Positions 28,737 through 38,145 of a stretch of DNA of 64,000 nt are shown here, piece by piece. Below the pieces are notes generated by a model. That model ran no database searches. It was not told the origin of the DNA and worked only from the letters and a program-made list of their open reading frames with translations. Location: positions 23,753-87,752 of the forward strand of contig JASKLF010000008.1 in NCBI GenBank assembly GCA_030153785.1, written 5' to 3'. The number at the start of each line of letters is the position of its first letter. The stretch's first letter is position 1. The position numbers were made by a program, and so were the translations under genes. The stretch is from a bacterium. Lineage in GTDB: Bacteria > Synergistota > GBS-1.

Positions 28737-30072
28737 AGCCTTTGTGTTAGACGAAGGTATATGTTGGTTTAGTAAAGAGGAAATTTCAATTTATAAGAGG
28801 TATGGCTTATTAGAGGAAATGAAATATTATCTTTTTTCTTCCCCGCCAAAGTTAAGAGGATATCCTCTTCGGGTCTGTGAACTATTGAAGAAAATCGAAA
28901 ATGCATCCTTTTATCCTAAGTTATCGGGGCTTATTGAAGCAGTTTCTGAGATAGGGGGAAAACTTTATCTGGTTGGGGGAAGCGTAAGAGACCTAATCTT
29001 ATATGGTGATATACTTAGGGAACCAGATTTGCTGGTAGATGCAGATGTGTCAATCTTTTTGGAGTCTCTGCTGAAAAGAGGTATATCCTTGAAGGAAATG
29101 ACGCCATTTTTGACCTTAAAGGTTATTGTAGAAGACGAACTCTTCGATGTGGCTTTTTGTAGAAAAGAGTTTTATGAAAGACCAGGAGACTTACCTAAGG
29201 TCTCTATTGCTTCTTTAATGGAGGATATGTATAGGAGAGATTTTACTATAAATGCAATGGCTTTAGGGATATGCGGTGAAGAAAAGGGGATGCTTTACGA
29301 TCCCTTTTTTGGTTTAGAGGATTTAAGTAAAGGATTACTTCGTGTAATTAGGCCTTATTCTTTTATTGAAGATCCAACAAGGATAGTTAGGGCTGTTAGG
29401 CTGAAGATGCGGTTTTCTCTGGAGTTCGAGGACGAGACGTTGAGGCTTCTTAGAAAAGCGGTAGAGAAAGGAGCATTGCGACTTATAAGTTGGGTTAGAT
29501 TGTGGAGGGAGTTTGAAGAGTTTTTTAAGGAAGAAAATGCCATAGAGGGAATTTTCTTGATGGATAATCTTGGCATTTTTGAAAGTATAGGATTAACTTT
29601 GGAGGAAAAAGAAAGAGAGGTTTTAATGAAATTAAGGCAAGAGAGCCTTCTTCCAGAGGAAAAAGAAAGGTATATGTTATATGCGCTGTTTGGTATGAAA
29701 GGGGAGGATGAAGCACGAGAATGGGGTTTAAGATTTCAACTTTCTAAAAATATCAGGGAATCTCTTGTCATGGCTTCTTTTTGGAGGGATCTTGATAGGT
29801 TGAACTTTGGCAGAAAATATCAGATTATGAAAAAAGCCGATGAGAGTCTTGTTAGGTTTTGGTCTATATGCATTGGTAGAGATTTAACGGATTTGTGGAA
29901 AAAAATTGTGAGTGAGAGACCAATCTTATCTCAGGAGGAAATAAAGAAAATGGCCTTAAACAAGGGAGTCGAATATGGTAGGATAAAGATGGAAGTTTTG
30001 AGGTTGCAGATAGAAGAAGGTTTGAAATCTAAAGGTGATATCTTAAGAAGGTTAGGAAAGGAGAGTGTTTAG
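28723..30072 (+). CDS. Class II tRNA nucleotidyltransferase (CCA- or A-adding enzyme)
   Basis: YLVGGSVRD, R.E.Y..PG.LP, EDMYRRDFTINAMA, LYDPFFG and SFIEDPTRIVRA. ATG at 28723 is the likely start. Confidence 0.85.
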   Translation: MKEYRAFVLDEGICWFSKEEISIYKRYGLLEEMKYYLFSSPPKLRGYPLRVCELLKKIENASFYPKLSGLIEAVSEIGGKLYLVGGSVRDLILYGDILREPDLLVDADVSIFLESLLKRGISLKEMTPFLTLKVIVEDELFDVAFCRKEFYERPGDLPKVSIASLMEDMYRRDFTINAMALGICGEEKGMLYDPFFGLEDLSKGLLRVIRPYSFIEDPTRIVRAVRLKMRFSLEFEDETLRLLRKAVEKGALRLISWVRLWREFEEFFKEENAIEGIFLMDNLGIFESIGLTLEEKEREVLMKLRQESLLPEEKERYMLYALFGMKGEDEAREWGLRFQLSKNIRESLVMASFWRDLDRLNFGRKYQIMKKADESLVRFWSICIGRDLTDLWKKIVSERPILSQEEIKKMALNKGVEYGRIKMEVLRLQIEEGLKSKGDILRRLGKESV

Positions 30073-30074
30073 GG

Positions 30075-30665
30075 GTGTTAACTTCTTTTTCTGATTTGAT
30101 ATTAAGTTTTCCTGCCGTTATAATAGCTTTGAGCTTTCACGAGTATGCTCACGCGTGGGTTGCCGATAAGCTGGGAGACCCTACACCACGATTTACAGGA
30201 AGGCTCACTATAAATCCACTTGCGCATCTTGATGTTTTAGGGACGATAATGCTTTTGTTTTTCAGATTCGGGTGGGCTAAGCCAGTAATGATAAACCCAG
30301 ATAATTTTAGGAAACCCAAGAGAGATATGGCCTTGGTTGCTATTTCTGGTCCCTCTATAAATTTTCTTTTAGCACTGCTTTTTGCTGTTCCCTTTAAGCT
30401 TGGAATCCATATGGGATGGGCTACGGAGAGATTTTTCTTCAATGCTCTTATCATTAACATATCTCTTATGGTCTTCAATTTAATTCCTCTTCCGCCACTT
30501 GATGGGTCTAGAATAGTGAGTTATTTCCTTTCGTACAGACTTGAACGGTATTACAGGGAAATAGAGAGATACAGTATGCTTATACTTTTGCTTCTAATAG
30601 GATTGGGAGTCATAAGAAAAGTTATGCTACCTATAATATTCTCAATACTGTATTTTCTGATTTAA
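30075..30665 (+). CDS. Site-2 protease family (M50) membrane metalloprotease
   Basis: HEYAH, GDPT...GRLTINPLAHLD, GWAKPV and FNLIPLPPLDGS. Confidence 0.93.
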   Translation: MLTSFSDLILSFPAVIIALSFHEYAHAWVADKLGDPTPRFTGRLTINPLAHLDVLGTIMLLFFRFGWAKPVMINPDNFRKPKRDMALVAISGPSINFLLALLFAVPFKLGIHMGWATERFFFNALIINISLMVFNLIPLPPLDGSRIVSYFLSYRLERYYREIERYSMLILLLLIGLGVIRKVMLPIIFSILYFLI

Positions 30666-30681
30666 GGGGTGGTTACTTGAA

Positions 30682-30960
30682 GTGAAAGTAGCCCGCTTAA
30701 AAGCCAAGGTATATGGATTGGTTCAAGGTGTTGGTTTTAGGTATTTCGTTAAGCGTGAAGCGCAGAAGCGTGGAATAACTGGATGGGTTAGGAATAACGC
30801 TGATGGTAGTGTTGAGGTTCTTGGAGAAGGAGATAGAGGTTTGCTTGAAGAGCTTCTTAATCTGCTTCATAAAGGGCCTACTTTTGCTTCTGTTGCCCGT
30901 GTGGATTATGTTTGGGAGGAATATAAAGGTGAGTTTGAAACTTTCGAGATAAGATATTAA
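30682..30960 (+). CDS. acyP: Acylphosphatase
   Basis: VYGLVQGVGFR, GWVRN..DGSVEV, GP and a terminal FEIRY. Confidence 0.95.
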   Translation: MKVARLKAKVYGLVQGVGFRYFVKREAQKRGITGWVRNNADGSVEVLGEGDRGLLEELLNLLHKGPTFASVARVDYVWEEYKGEFETFEIRY

Positions 30961-30977
30961 TCGAAGGGGGACGCGAA

Positions 30978-31730
30978 ATGGCGATATTGCTTACAAATGA
31001 CGATGGTATACATTCAGAAGGATTACTGGCTTTGATAAAGAAACTGAAAGATATAGATGAACTAGTTGTGGTTGCTCCCGATTCTGACAGAAGTTCCATT
31101 GCTCATGCAATAACTTTACGTAGACCTTTGAGACTTAACAGAGTTAGTGACCTTGTGCTATTAGACGGTTGTGAGGAGGTTTATACCTGTGATGGAACTC
31201 CGGTTGATTGTGTTATTCTTGGGGTCAGTGAAGTTCTGAAGGGTAAAGAAGTAAGAGCCATCGTATCTGGAATAAATAGGGGTTTAAATTTGGGAATAGA
31301 TATAATTTATTCAGGAACTGTTGCCGCTGCAATGGAGGGAGCCCTACTTGGAATAACATCTGTGGCTATTTCTGCTGATTCTTCGGATAAAACTATTTTT
31401 GAAGAAGCAGCCTCTTTCATCAAGGATTTTCTGCCCGAATTGCTTAAGAAAGGTCTTCCAGGCCATACCTTTTTAAATATAAATTATCCCAGAAATCCTC
31501 GGGGGATTAAGTTTACAAGGCAAGGTTATAGAGTTTATTCAGGTAGAGTTTTAAGATACGAGGACCCTTGGGGGAGAAGTTGTTACTGGATAAGCGGAGA
31601 TGTTATAGAGAAACTTGAATACGAAAGTGATATATGGGCCGTATCTAATGGTTATATATCTATAACGCCTCTTCATGTGGATTTAACTAATCACGATTGT
31701 TTAAACTCCCTTCGGGAGTGGTTTATGTGA
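30978..31730 (+). CDS. surE: 5'/3'-nucleotidase SurE
   Basis: LLTNDDG, VVAP, GTPVDCV, SGINRGLN, YSGTVAAAMEG and ISITPL. Confidence 0.96.
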   Translation: MAILLTNDDGIHSEGLLALIKKLKDIDELVVVAPDSDRSSIAHAITLRRPLRLNRVSDLVLLDGCEEVYTCDGTPVDCVILGVSEVLKGKEVRAIVSGINRGLNLGIDIIYSGTVAAAMEGALLGITSVAISADSSDKTIFEEAASFIKDFLPELLKKGLPGHTFLNINYPRNPRGIKFTRQGYRVYSGRVLRYEDPWGRSCYWISGDVIEKLEYESDIWAVSNGYISITPLHVDLTNHDCLNSLREWFM

Positions 31731-32140
31731 TAGAGTTTATTGATCATACAGCGGATGTAGGGATTAGGGTAAAAGCTAAAAGCCTTGAGGAATTATTTAA
31801 GGAAGCTGCCTATGGGTTGCTAAATATAATGTTCTCTTTTGAGCGAGATTCTTTTCCTTTGGAAGAAGAGGTCTTGATAAAACTGAGTGCTGAAGATCCT
31901 GAGGAACTACTTATTGCTTGGCTTAATGAGCTTATCTATCTTTTTGAAAGTAAGTACTATGCTTTTAGAAATATAAAGATTATGGAAATAACTGAGACGA
32001 CCCTAAAAGCCAAGGTGGAATGTTTCAAAGTACGGAAGGAGGAAGTGGTTTGTTACGTAAAGTCAGCAACTTATCACAATTTAAGCCTACATAGGACTGC
32101 AGATGGCTTTTATGAAGCTACTGTCATATTTGATATATAG
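31727..32140 (+). CDS. Archease
   Basis: DHTADVG at the N-terminus, EELLIAWLNELIY, VKSATYH and a C-terminal VIFDI. The GTG start overlaps the surE stop (GTGA). Confidence 0.92.
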   Translation: MIEFIDHTADVGIRVKAKSLEELFKEAAYGLLNIMFSFERDSFPLEEEVLIKLSAEDPEELLIAWLNELIYLFESKYYAFRNIKIMEITETTLKAKVECFKVRKEEVVCYVKSATYHNLSLHRTADGFYEATVIFDI

Positions 32141-32152
32141 GAGGTGTGTTTT

Positions 32153-32947
32153 ATGGAAATTAAAGCTGACATAGGGGTTTTTGGGGGGAGCGGTTTTTAT
32201 GAGCTTATGGAAGATTACGAAGAGGTGAAAGTTGAAACTCCTTATGGAGCGCCGAGTGATAAAATTGCAATTGGAGAGATAGCGGGGAAAAAGGTTGCTT
32301 TTTTACCAAGGCATGGTAAAGACCATCGTTATCCTCCTCACATGATTCCCTATAGGGCAAATCTTTATGCCTTTAAGAAGCTGGGTGTGAAACGAATCAT
32401 TGCTCCTTGTGCTGCAGGTAGTCTTCAAAAACATGTTAAGCCGGGGGATTTTGTTGTTTGCGATCAGCTGGTTAACAGAACATTTCGGAGAATAGATACC
32501 TTTTATGATGGGCCTATCGTAACTCATGTAAGCTTTGCAGATCCTTATTGCCCTGAGCTTAGAAGGGTAGCTATCGAGGTTATAAAAGAGCTTAATATTC
32601 CTCTTCATGAAAAGGGAACCGTTGTTGTAATAGAGGGCCCTCGGTTTTCTACAAGGGCTGAGAGTAGATGGTATTCTCAAATGGGGTGGGAAGTTATAAA
32701 TATGACTCAATATCCTGAATCTATATTAGCTCGAGAACTTGAGATGTGCTATGTTAATATATCCCTTATAACCGATTACGACGTGGGAATCGAAGGAGAA
32801 GTTGGTCCTGTGACTGCGGAAGAAGTAATAAGGATTTTCAAAGAGAATGTGGATAAGGCCAAAAAAGTAGTTTTTAAGATGATAGAGAGGATTCCTCTTG
32901 AGAGGGAATGTAAATGTGGAGAGGCTTTGAAATATGCAAGAGTTTAG
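32153..32947 (+). CDS. mtnP: S-methyl-5'-thioadenosine phosphorylase
   Basis: GVFGGSG, TPYG.PS, LPRHG, EGPRFSTRAES, NMT..PE..LARE and TDYD. Confidence 0.92.
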   Translation: MEIKADIGVFGGSGFYELMEDYEEVKVETPYGAPSDKIAIGEIAGKKVAFLPRHGKDHRYPPHMIPYRANLYAFKKLGVKRIIAPCAAGSLQKHVKPGDFVVCDQLVNRTFRRIDTFYDGPIVTHVSFADPYCPELRRVAIEVIKELNIPLHEKGTVVVIEGPRFSTRAESRWYSQMGWEVINMTQYPESILARELEMCYVNISLITDYDVGIEGEVGPVTAEEVIRIFKENVDKAKKVVFKMIERIPLERECKCGEALKYARV

Positions 32948-33701
32948 ACAAAAGATAAAGGTTTTTGCTAAACTTCTCTTTGAGAATAAGCCATCGGTTG
33001 TTTTTACGGGAGCTGGCATGTCAACAGCTTCTGGCATACCTGATTTTAGGAGTAAAGATGGTCTCTGGAGTAAGGTTGACCCTTTTAAAGTTGCTTCTAT
33101 AGAAGCTTTGGAAAGAGATCCAGCCACATTTTACGAGTTCTATAAAAAGAGGCTGGCTATGCTCTTGGATGCTGAGCCTAACGAAGGGCATAAGATACTG
33201 GGAAGACTTGAAAGGGCGGGTTTTATCCAAGCGATTATAACTCAAAATATAGATGGACTTCACCAGAAAGGGGGGTCATCCAAAGTTATTGAACTTCATG
33301 GGAATATGAATCAAGCCCACTGTATGAGGTGTGGAAAGGCCATTTCCTCAACGGAGCTATTAAATATACTTGATAAAGAGAAGATCCCCTATTGTGAGTG
33401 TGGTGGGATATTCAAGGTTGATGTTGTTTTATTTGGTGAGCCGCTTCCTGAGCGGGCTATTACTGAAGCTATTAATCTTACGCGTGGTGGTTATCTTTGG
33501 ATAGTACTTGGGTCTTCCTTATTGGTAATGCCTGCTGCTGATCTTCCAAGGCAGGCATTACTTCATGGCAGTCCTCTTGTTATAGTTAACAGAGATCCTA
33601 CTTATCTTGATGAGTATGCAGATATTGTTTTTCGTGAAGATATCGTTAGTGTATTAAAAGCTTTGGAGGAGGAAATCTATGCGCAGGGTTATATCCCGTA
33701 A
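32934..33701 (+). CDS. cobB: NAD-dependent protein deacylase (Sir2/CobB family)
   Basis: TGAGMSTASGIPDFR, ITQNIDGLH, ELHG, Zn cysteines, VVLFGE, GSSL and VN. Confidence 0.92.
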   Translation: MQEFRQKIKVFAKLLFENKPSVVFTGAGMSTASGIPDFRSKDGLWSKVDPFKVASIEALERDPATFYEFYKKRLAMLLDAEPNEGHKILGRLERAGFIQAIITQNIDGLHQKGGSSKVIELHGNMNQAHCMRCGKAISSTELLNILDKEKIPYCECGGIFKVDVVLFGEPLPERAITEAINLTRGGYLWIVLGSSLLVMPAADLPRQALLHGSPLVIVNRDPTYLDEYADIVFREDIVSVLKALEEEIYAQGYIP

Positions 33702-34872
33702 AGAAGCTGTTGAGCTATTGGCATCGAGTGGAACAATAAGCTTTAATAAGAAACGTGTAGGTTTAGCAGAAGCTTTTGGGAAAAGGGCAGGTGAGCCTTT
33801 GAAGGCGCCATTTGATCTTCCCCAACTATCTAGGTCTACTCGTGATGGGTATGCTGTAAATCATTTAGATGTTAAGGGAGTTTCTGAGGCGTTGCCCGCC
33901 TTTTTAAACGTGGTTGGGGAGGTTAAAATAGGAGAAATCCCCTCTTTCTCTATATCCCTCGGGGAGGCAGCAAGAGTTTTTACCGGTTCGTACCTTCCGA
34001 ACGGTGCTGATGCAGTGGTAATGGATGAATTTGTGGAGGAATCTTCAGGAGTGATAGAGGTCTATAGATCTGTTGCTGCTGGTGAGAACGTAATTTCGGC
34101 GGGTGAAGATTGTTTACAGGGGTCAACGATCTTAAATTTTGGAGAGAAGATCAGTGTTGGAAAATTAGGATTGCTTGCGGCCTACGGTTTTGATAGCGTC
34201 AATATCCTTGATGTTAAGGTGGGAATAGTTTCTACGGGAGATGAAATAGTTTCTCCCGGTTCTCAACTTAGCTCTGGCAAAATATACGACATTAATTCCT
34301 TTACTCTTTATGCTCTTTTGAAGAAATGGGGAGCAAATCCTTATATCCACACTCCCGTTCCTGATGATCTAGAAATGCTTAAAAAGGTTCTTGAGGAGCT
34401 TTTGGATAACAGCGATGTAATAATTTTTTCCGGGGGAAGCTCTGTTGGAACCCGCGATCATACCAAGGAGCTTTTTAAGCTTTTTAATGGCAAATTAATT
34501 ATAGAAGGAATAAATATATCACCAGGTAAACCTACGCTTGCAGGATGGGTAAAAGATAAACTTGTTTTTGGTCTACCGGGGCATCCTGTTTCTAGTGTAG
34601 TTTCGGCGAGAGTTTTTCTTATACCTGTTATAGAGAGAATTTTGGGAATAGATGGAGAACCTGTTCTATATCTTCCTGTGCTTTCAAATCTTCCCTCAAA
34701 GTTAGGTGTGGAGGAGTTCGTTTGTGCCTCGGTTAATGAAAAAGGGGTTTTCCCCATATTGGGTAAGTCTGGAGCGATAAGCAGGATAGCTAATGGCGGA
34801 TTCTTAATTAAAATCCCTGATGGTGTAGAAGGCTACAAAGAAGGAGAGGTGGTCGAAACCTGGAGTATTTAA
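33679..34872 (+). CDS. moeA: Molybdopterin molybdo/tungsto-transferase MoeA
   Basis: STRDGYA, TG..LP.GADAVVM, STGDE, DIN, SGGSSVG.RD, PGKPT and GLPGHPVS. Confidence 0.92.
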   Translation: MRRVISRKEAVELLASSGTISFNKKRVGLAEAFGKRAGEPLKAPFDLPQLSRSTRDGYAVNHLDVKGVSEALPAFLNVVGEVKIGEIPSFSISLGEAARVFTGSYLPNGADAVVMDEFVEESSGVIEVYRSVAAGENVISAGEDCLQGSTILNFGEKISVGKLGLLAAYGFDSVNILDVKVGIVSTGDEIVSPGSQLSSGKIYDINSFTLYALLKKWGANPYIHTPVPDDLEMLKKVLEELLDNSDVIIFSGGSSVGTRDHTKELFKLFNGKLIIEGINISPGKPTLAGWVKDKLVFGLPGHPVSSVVSARVFLIPVIERILGIDGEPVLYLPVLSNLPSKLGVEEFVCASVNEKGVFPILGKSGAISRIANGGFLIKIPDGVEGYKEGEVVETWSI

Positions 34873-36728
34873 AAGGGGTTCTTCCAAGAGAGGAAGCTTT
34901 AGAGAAATGGTTAACGGAAATTAACGTTTCTCCCTTGGGTGAGGAGAAAGTTCCCTTGCGAAACGCGGTAGGGAGGGTTACTTCGCGCCCCGTATTTGCA
35001 ACCATTTCTTCCCCTTCTATAAAACTTTCGGGAATGGATGGTTTTGCGATAAAATCTTCCACTACCATAGGAGCTACGGAGGTAAAACCGGTTTTAATAG
35101 AGGATTATTTTCCTGTAAATACAGGTTTTCCTGTTCCCCAGGAGTATGATGCTGTTCTCCTAAAGGAGGAGGCTTTGTTTGAGGGATCAAAATTAAAGGT
35201 TTTAAGAAGCCTTAGATCTGGGGAAAATATTAGATTCCCGGGAGAAAACTTTTCTCAAGGGGAACTGCTTGTGGAATCTTGTAGACGTTTAACTTTTCAG
35301 GAATTGCAAATGCTCGCCGCTTCTGGTATTAGCGAGGTTTGGGTGTGGAAAAAGCCAAAGGTTTGTTTTATTCCTGTTGGAGACGAGCTTGCGTTGGTTG
35401 GTAAGGATCTTGATGGTAAGCTTGCTTATGAGAGCAACTCTTTCATATTACAACCTCTTATTGAAGAGTGGGGAGGAGATGTAGTTGTCAAAGAAATAGT
35501 GCCTGATGATTACGATGTTTTGTTTAATACACTAAAAGCGGAATCGGAAAACTATGATCTGTTAATAGTGGGTGCTGGTTCCTCTAAAGGTGGCAGGGAT
35601 TTTACAGCTGATGTAATATCTGCGTTGGGGGAAGTTATCGTTGATGGAATAGCTTGTAGGCCAGGTAAGCCCCTTATTTTAGGTAAGATAAAAAATAAGC
35701 CTGTTATTGGTTTGCCAGGCTACCCTGTTTCTGCATGGGTAGCTCTTACTTTTTTTGTCTATCCTTTGATCTGCAAGTATTTGGGATTGTATCCTTCTTC
35801 TCCCGAGAAGATAGAAGCTTGCATCTCTAAAGGTATTGTTTCTACTGAGGGGATAGAGGAGGTCATAAGGGTTAGGCTTGCGAAGATTTCTGAAAGGTGG
35901 ATAGCTGTTGCTTTGCCTCGAGGGGCGGGTAACATATCTTCTTTGGGGAAGGCCGACGGGTATATAGTTATTCCCAGAGATGTGATTGAACTTGAAAGAG
36001 GAGCAAGGGTTGAAGTCAACCTTTTGAAGAAAAGGGAAACCCTTGAAAAAACCATCCTTTTTATTGGGAGTCATGATCTTATTCTTGATTTGCTTGCTGA
36101 TGAAGTAGCTAAGAATTACCCTGAACTTCGGTTTGTCCCTGTTCATGTGGGCAGTTTGGGAGGGTTGTTTGCTCTCAAGAACAGGGAAGCCCATATTTCG
36201 GGAATACACCTTTTCGATGAGAAGACAGGTATCTACAACATACCCTTTATAGAAAGGCATTTGGCGGGAGAGAAAGTAGAAGTAATAAAGCTCGTTTATA
36301 GAGAGCAGGGTTTAATGATCAGGCCTGGGAATCCTAAGGGAGTAAAGGGGCTGTCTGATTTGGTTAGAGAAGATATTACTTTCGTGAATAGGCAACGTGG
36401 ATCTGGTACGAGGATACTTCTCGATTATTTGCTTAAAAGGGAGGGAATCATTCCGTCTTCTATCAAGGGATATGAAGATGAGGAATTTACTCATCTTAGT
36501 GTTGCTATTAGGGTAGCTTCCGGTAGTGCTGATGTGGGGATGGGGATCTATGCGGCGGCTAAAGCAATGGGTTTAGATTTTATCCCTTTGTTTGAGGAGG
36601 AGTACGATCTGGTTACTCTTAAGGAGTATTTAGATTTGCCATTTTTGAAGGCTTTACTCTCCATAATTGATAGTGAAACCTTTAAGAACAGGGTTCTATC
36701 GCTGGGAGGTTACAGATGGGCGAGGTAG
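34860..36728 (+). CDS. MoeA fused to a C-terminal periplasmic-binding-protein-like (LysR substrate-binding type) domain
   Basis: The MoeA part has MDGFA, PVGDE, ESNS, PGKP and GLPGYPVS. The PBP part has GSHD, VGSLGGL, HL.D..TG.YN, REQGL, NRQRGSGTR and THLSVA. The start is proposed at CTG 34860; the ORF track gives TTG 34935. Confidence 0.88.
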   Translation: MEYLKGVLPREEALEKWLTEINVSPLGEEKVPLRNAVGRVTSRPVFATISSPSIKLSGMDGFAIKSSTTIGATEVKPVLIEDYFPVNTGFPVPQEYDAVLLKEEALFEGSKLKVLRSLRSGENIRFPGENFSQGELLVESCRRLTFQELQMLAASGISEVWVWKKPKVCFIPVGDELALVGKDLDGKLAYESNSFILQPLIEEWGGDVVVKEIVPDDYDVLFNTLKAESENYDLLIVGAGSSKGGRDFTADVISALGEVIVDGIACRPGKPLILGKIKNKPVIGLPGYPVSAWVALTFFVYPLICKYLGLYPSSPEKIEACISKGIVSTEGIEEVIRVRLAKISERWIAVALPRGAGNISSLGKADGYIVIPRDVIELERGARVEVNLLKKRETLEKTILFIGSHDLILDLLADEVAKNYPELRFVPVHVGSLGGLFALKNREAHISGIHLFDEKTGIYNIPFIERHLAGEKVEVIKLVYREQGLMIRPGNPKGVKGLSDLVREDITFVNRQRGSGTRILLDYLLKREGIIPSSIKGYEDEEFTHLSVAIRVASGSADVGMGIYAAAKAMGLDFIPLFEEEYDLVTLKEYLDLPFLKALLSIIDSETFKNRVLSLGGYRWAR

Positions 36729-37693
36729 GATTGAAGGATAGATTTGGAAGAATTATAAGCTATCTTAGGGTTTCTGTGACGGATAGGTGTAACCTCCGAT
36801 GTAGATATTGTATGCCTCCCGAAGGAATCGAGTTAATTTCTCATGAAGAAATCTTAAGATACGAGGAATTAACAACAATCTTAAAGATTTTTGTTGGTCT
36901 TGGCCTTAAAAGAGTCCGTTTTACGGGGGGAGAGCCTCTCGTCAGAGAAGGATTTGTTTCCTTCTTGAAGAGAGTTCGGGAAAAATTTCCTGCTCTGGGT
37001 ATTTCTTTGACCACTAATGGGATCCTTCTTAAGAAATTTAGAGAGGAGTTGTCTAGCATAGCTTTGGACTCCCTTAACATTAGTTTGGACACTCTTGACC
37101 CCGAAAAGTATAGATGCATAACACGTTTAGGGAAAATCGAAGATGTTTGGGAAGGTATACATGCTTTCCTTAATGGGAAAACGAGGCTGAAGCTTAACGT
37201 GGTGGCTATCAAAGGTTTTAATGACGATGAGGTCTTGAAATTTGTGGAGTTGACCAAGAGGTTTAACTTGATAGTAAGATTTATCGAATTTATGCCTGTA
37301 AACACCGTTGTTTGGAAAGAGGGTGACTTCCTTTCAATAGTTGAGATAAAGGAGATAATAGAGAAGAAATACTTATTAAAGGAGTGTGGTTATGAAAATG
37401 GAGCTGGACCGGCCAAGTATTATACTCTCCCGTGGGGTGGGAAGATTGGATTCATCGGTGCAGTTAGCCAACACTTTTGTGAAAACTGTAATAGGATAAG
37501 GTTGACAGCTGATGGGAGATTGCGAACTTGTCTATTTGGGGGTCCAGAGTTAGATGTTAAGAAGCTTATTAGGAGTGGCTTGAGGGAGGGAGAAGTTTCT
37601 ATATTGATAAGGGATATTCTTCAGCATAAGCCTAAGAATCGTTTTGAGATAGCCTTCAAAGAAGATAGCTATATGTCGAGAATAGGAGGGTGA
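36716..37693 (+). CDS. moaA: GTP 3',8-cyclase MoaA (radical SAM)
   Basis: YLRVSVTDRCNLRCRYCM, TGGEP, TTNG, RFIEFM, CENCNRIR...C and a C-terminal IGG. Confidence 0.97.
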   Translation: MGEVGLKDRFGRIISYLRVSVTDRCNLRCRYCMPPEGIELISHEEILRYEELTTILKIFVGLGLKRVRFTGGEPLVREGFVSFLKRVREKFPALGISLTTNGILLKKFREELSSIALDSLNISLDTLDPEKYRCITRLGKIEDVWEGIHAFLNGKTRLKLNVVAIKGFNDDEVLKFVELTKRFNLIVRFIEFMPVNTVVWKEGDFLSIVEIKEIIEKKYLLKECGYENGAGPAKYYTLPWGGKIGFIGAVSQHFCENCNRIRLTADGRLRTCLFGGPELDVKKLIRSGLREGEVSILIRDILQHKPKNRFEIAFKEDSYMSRIGG

Positions 37694-38145
37694 GAGTTTT
37701 GGCTGAAATGATAGATGTTTCCGGTAAAGAGTTAAGCGAAAGGGAGGCAGTGGGCTATGCTAAAGTTGTTTTAGGAGAGAAGGTTTTTAAAGCTCTAATT
37801 GAAGGAACTTTACCCAAAGGGGATCCACGGGAACCGGCTCGTATAGCTGGTATCCTAGGAGCAAAGAAGACAGCCGAGCTTATTCCTTTATGCCATCCGA
37901 TAAAGTTGGATTACATTTGTATAGACTTTAATCTTGTTCCTGATCAATCTGCTATAGAGATAACTGCAAAAGCCAAAGCTAGAGAGCGTACAGGAGTCGA
38001 AATGGAAGTCTTAACAGCCGTTGCTGTATCTGCTTTAACCATTTACGATATGTGTAAGGGGCTGGACAAAGGTATAGTGATAGAAGAAATATGTCTTTTG
38101 AGCAAAAGGGGAGGTAAAAGCGGTGACTTTGTTAGGGAAAAGTAA
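37690..38145 (+). CDS. moaC: Cyclic pyranopterin monophosphate synthase MoaC
   Basis: MIDVSGK, KGD, AKKT..LIPLCH, TGVEMEVL, TIYDMCK and KRGGKSG. Confidence 0.96.
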   Translation: MRVLAEMIDVSGKELSEREAVGYAKVVLGEKVFKALIEGTLPKGDPREPARIAGILGAKKTAELIPLCHPIKLDYICIDFNLVPDQSAIEITAKAKARERTGVEMEVLTAVAVSALTIYDMCKGLDKGIVIEEICLLSKRGGKSGDFVREK

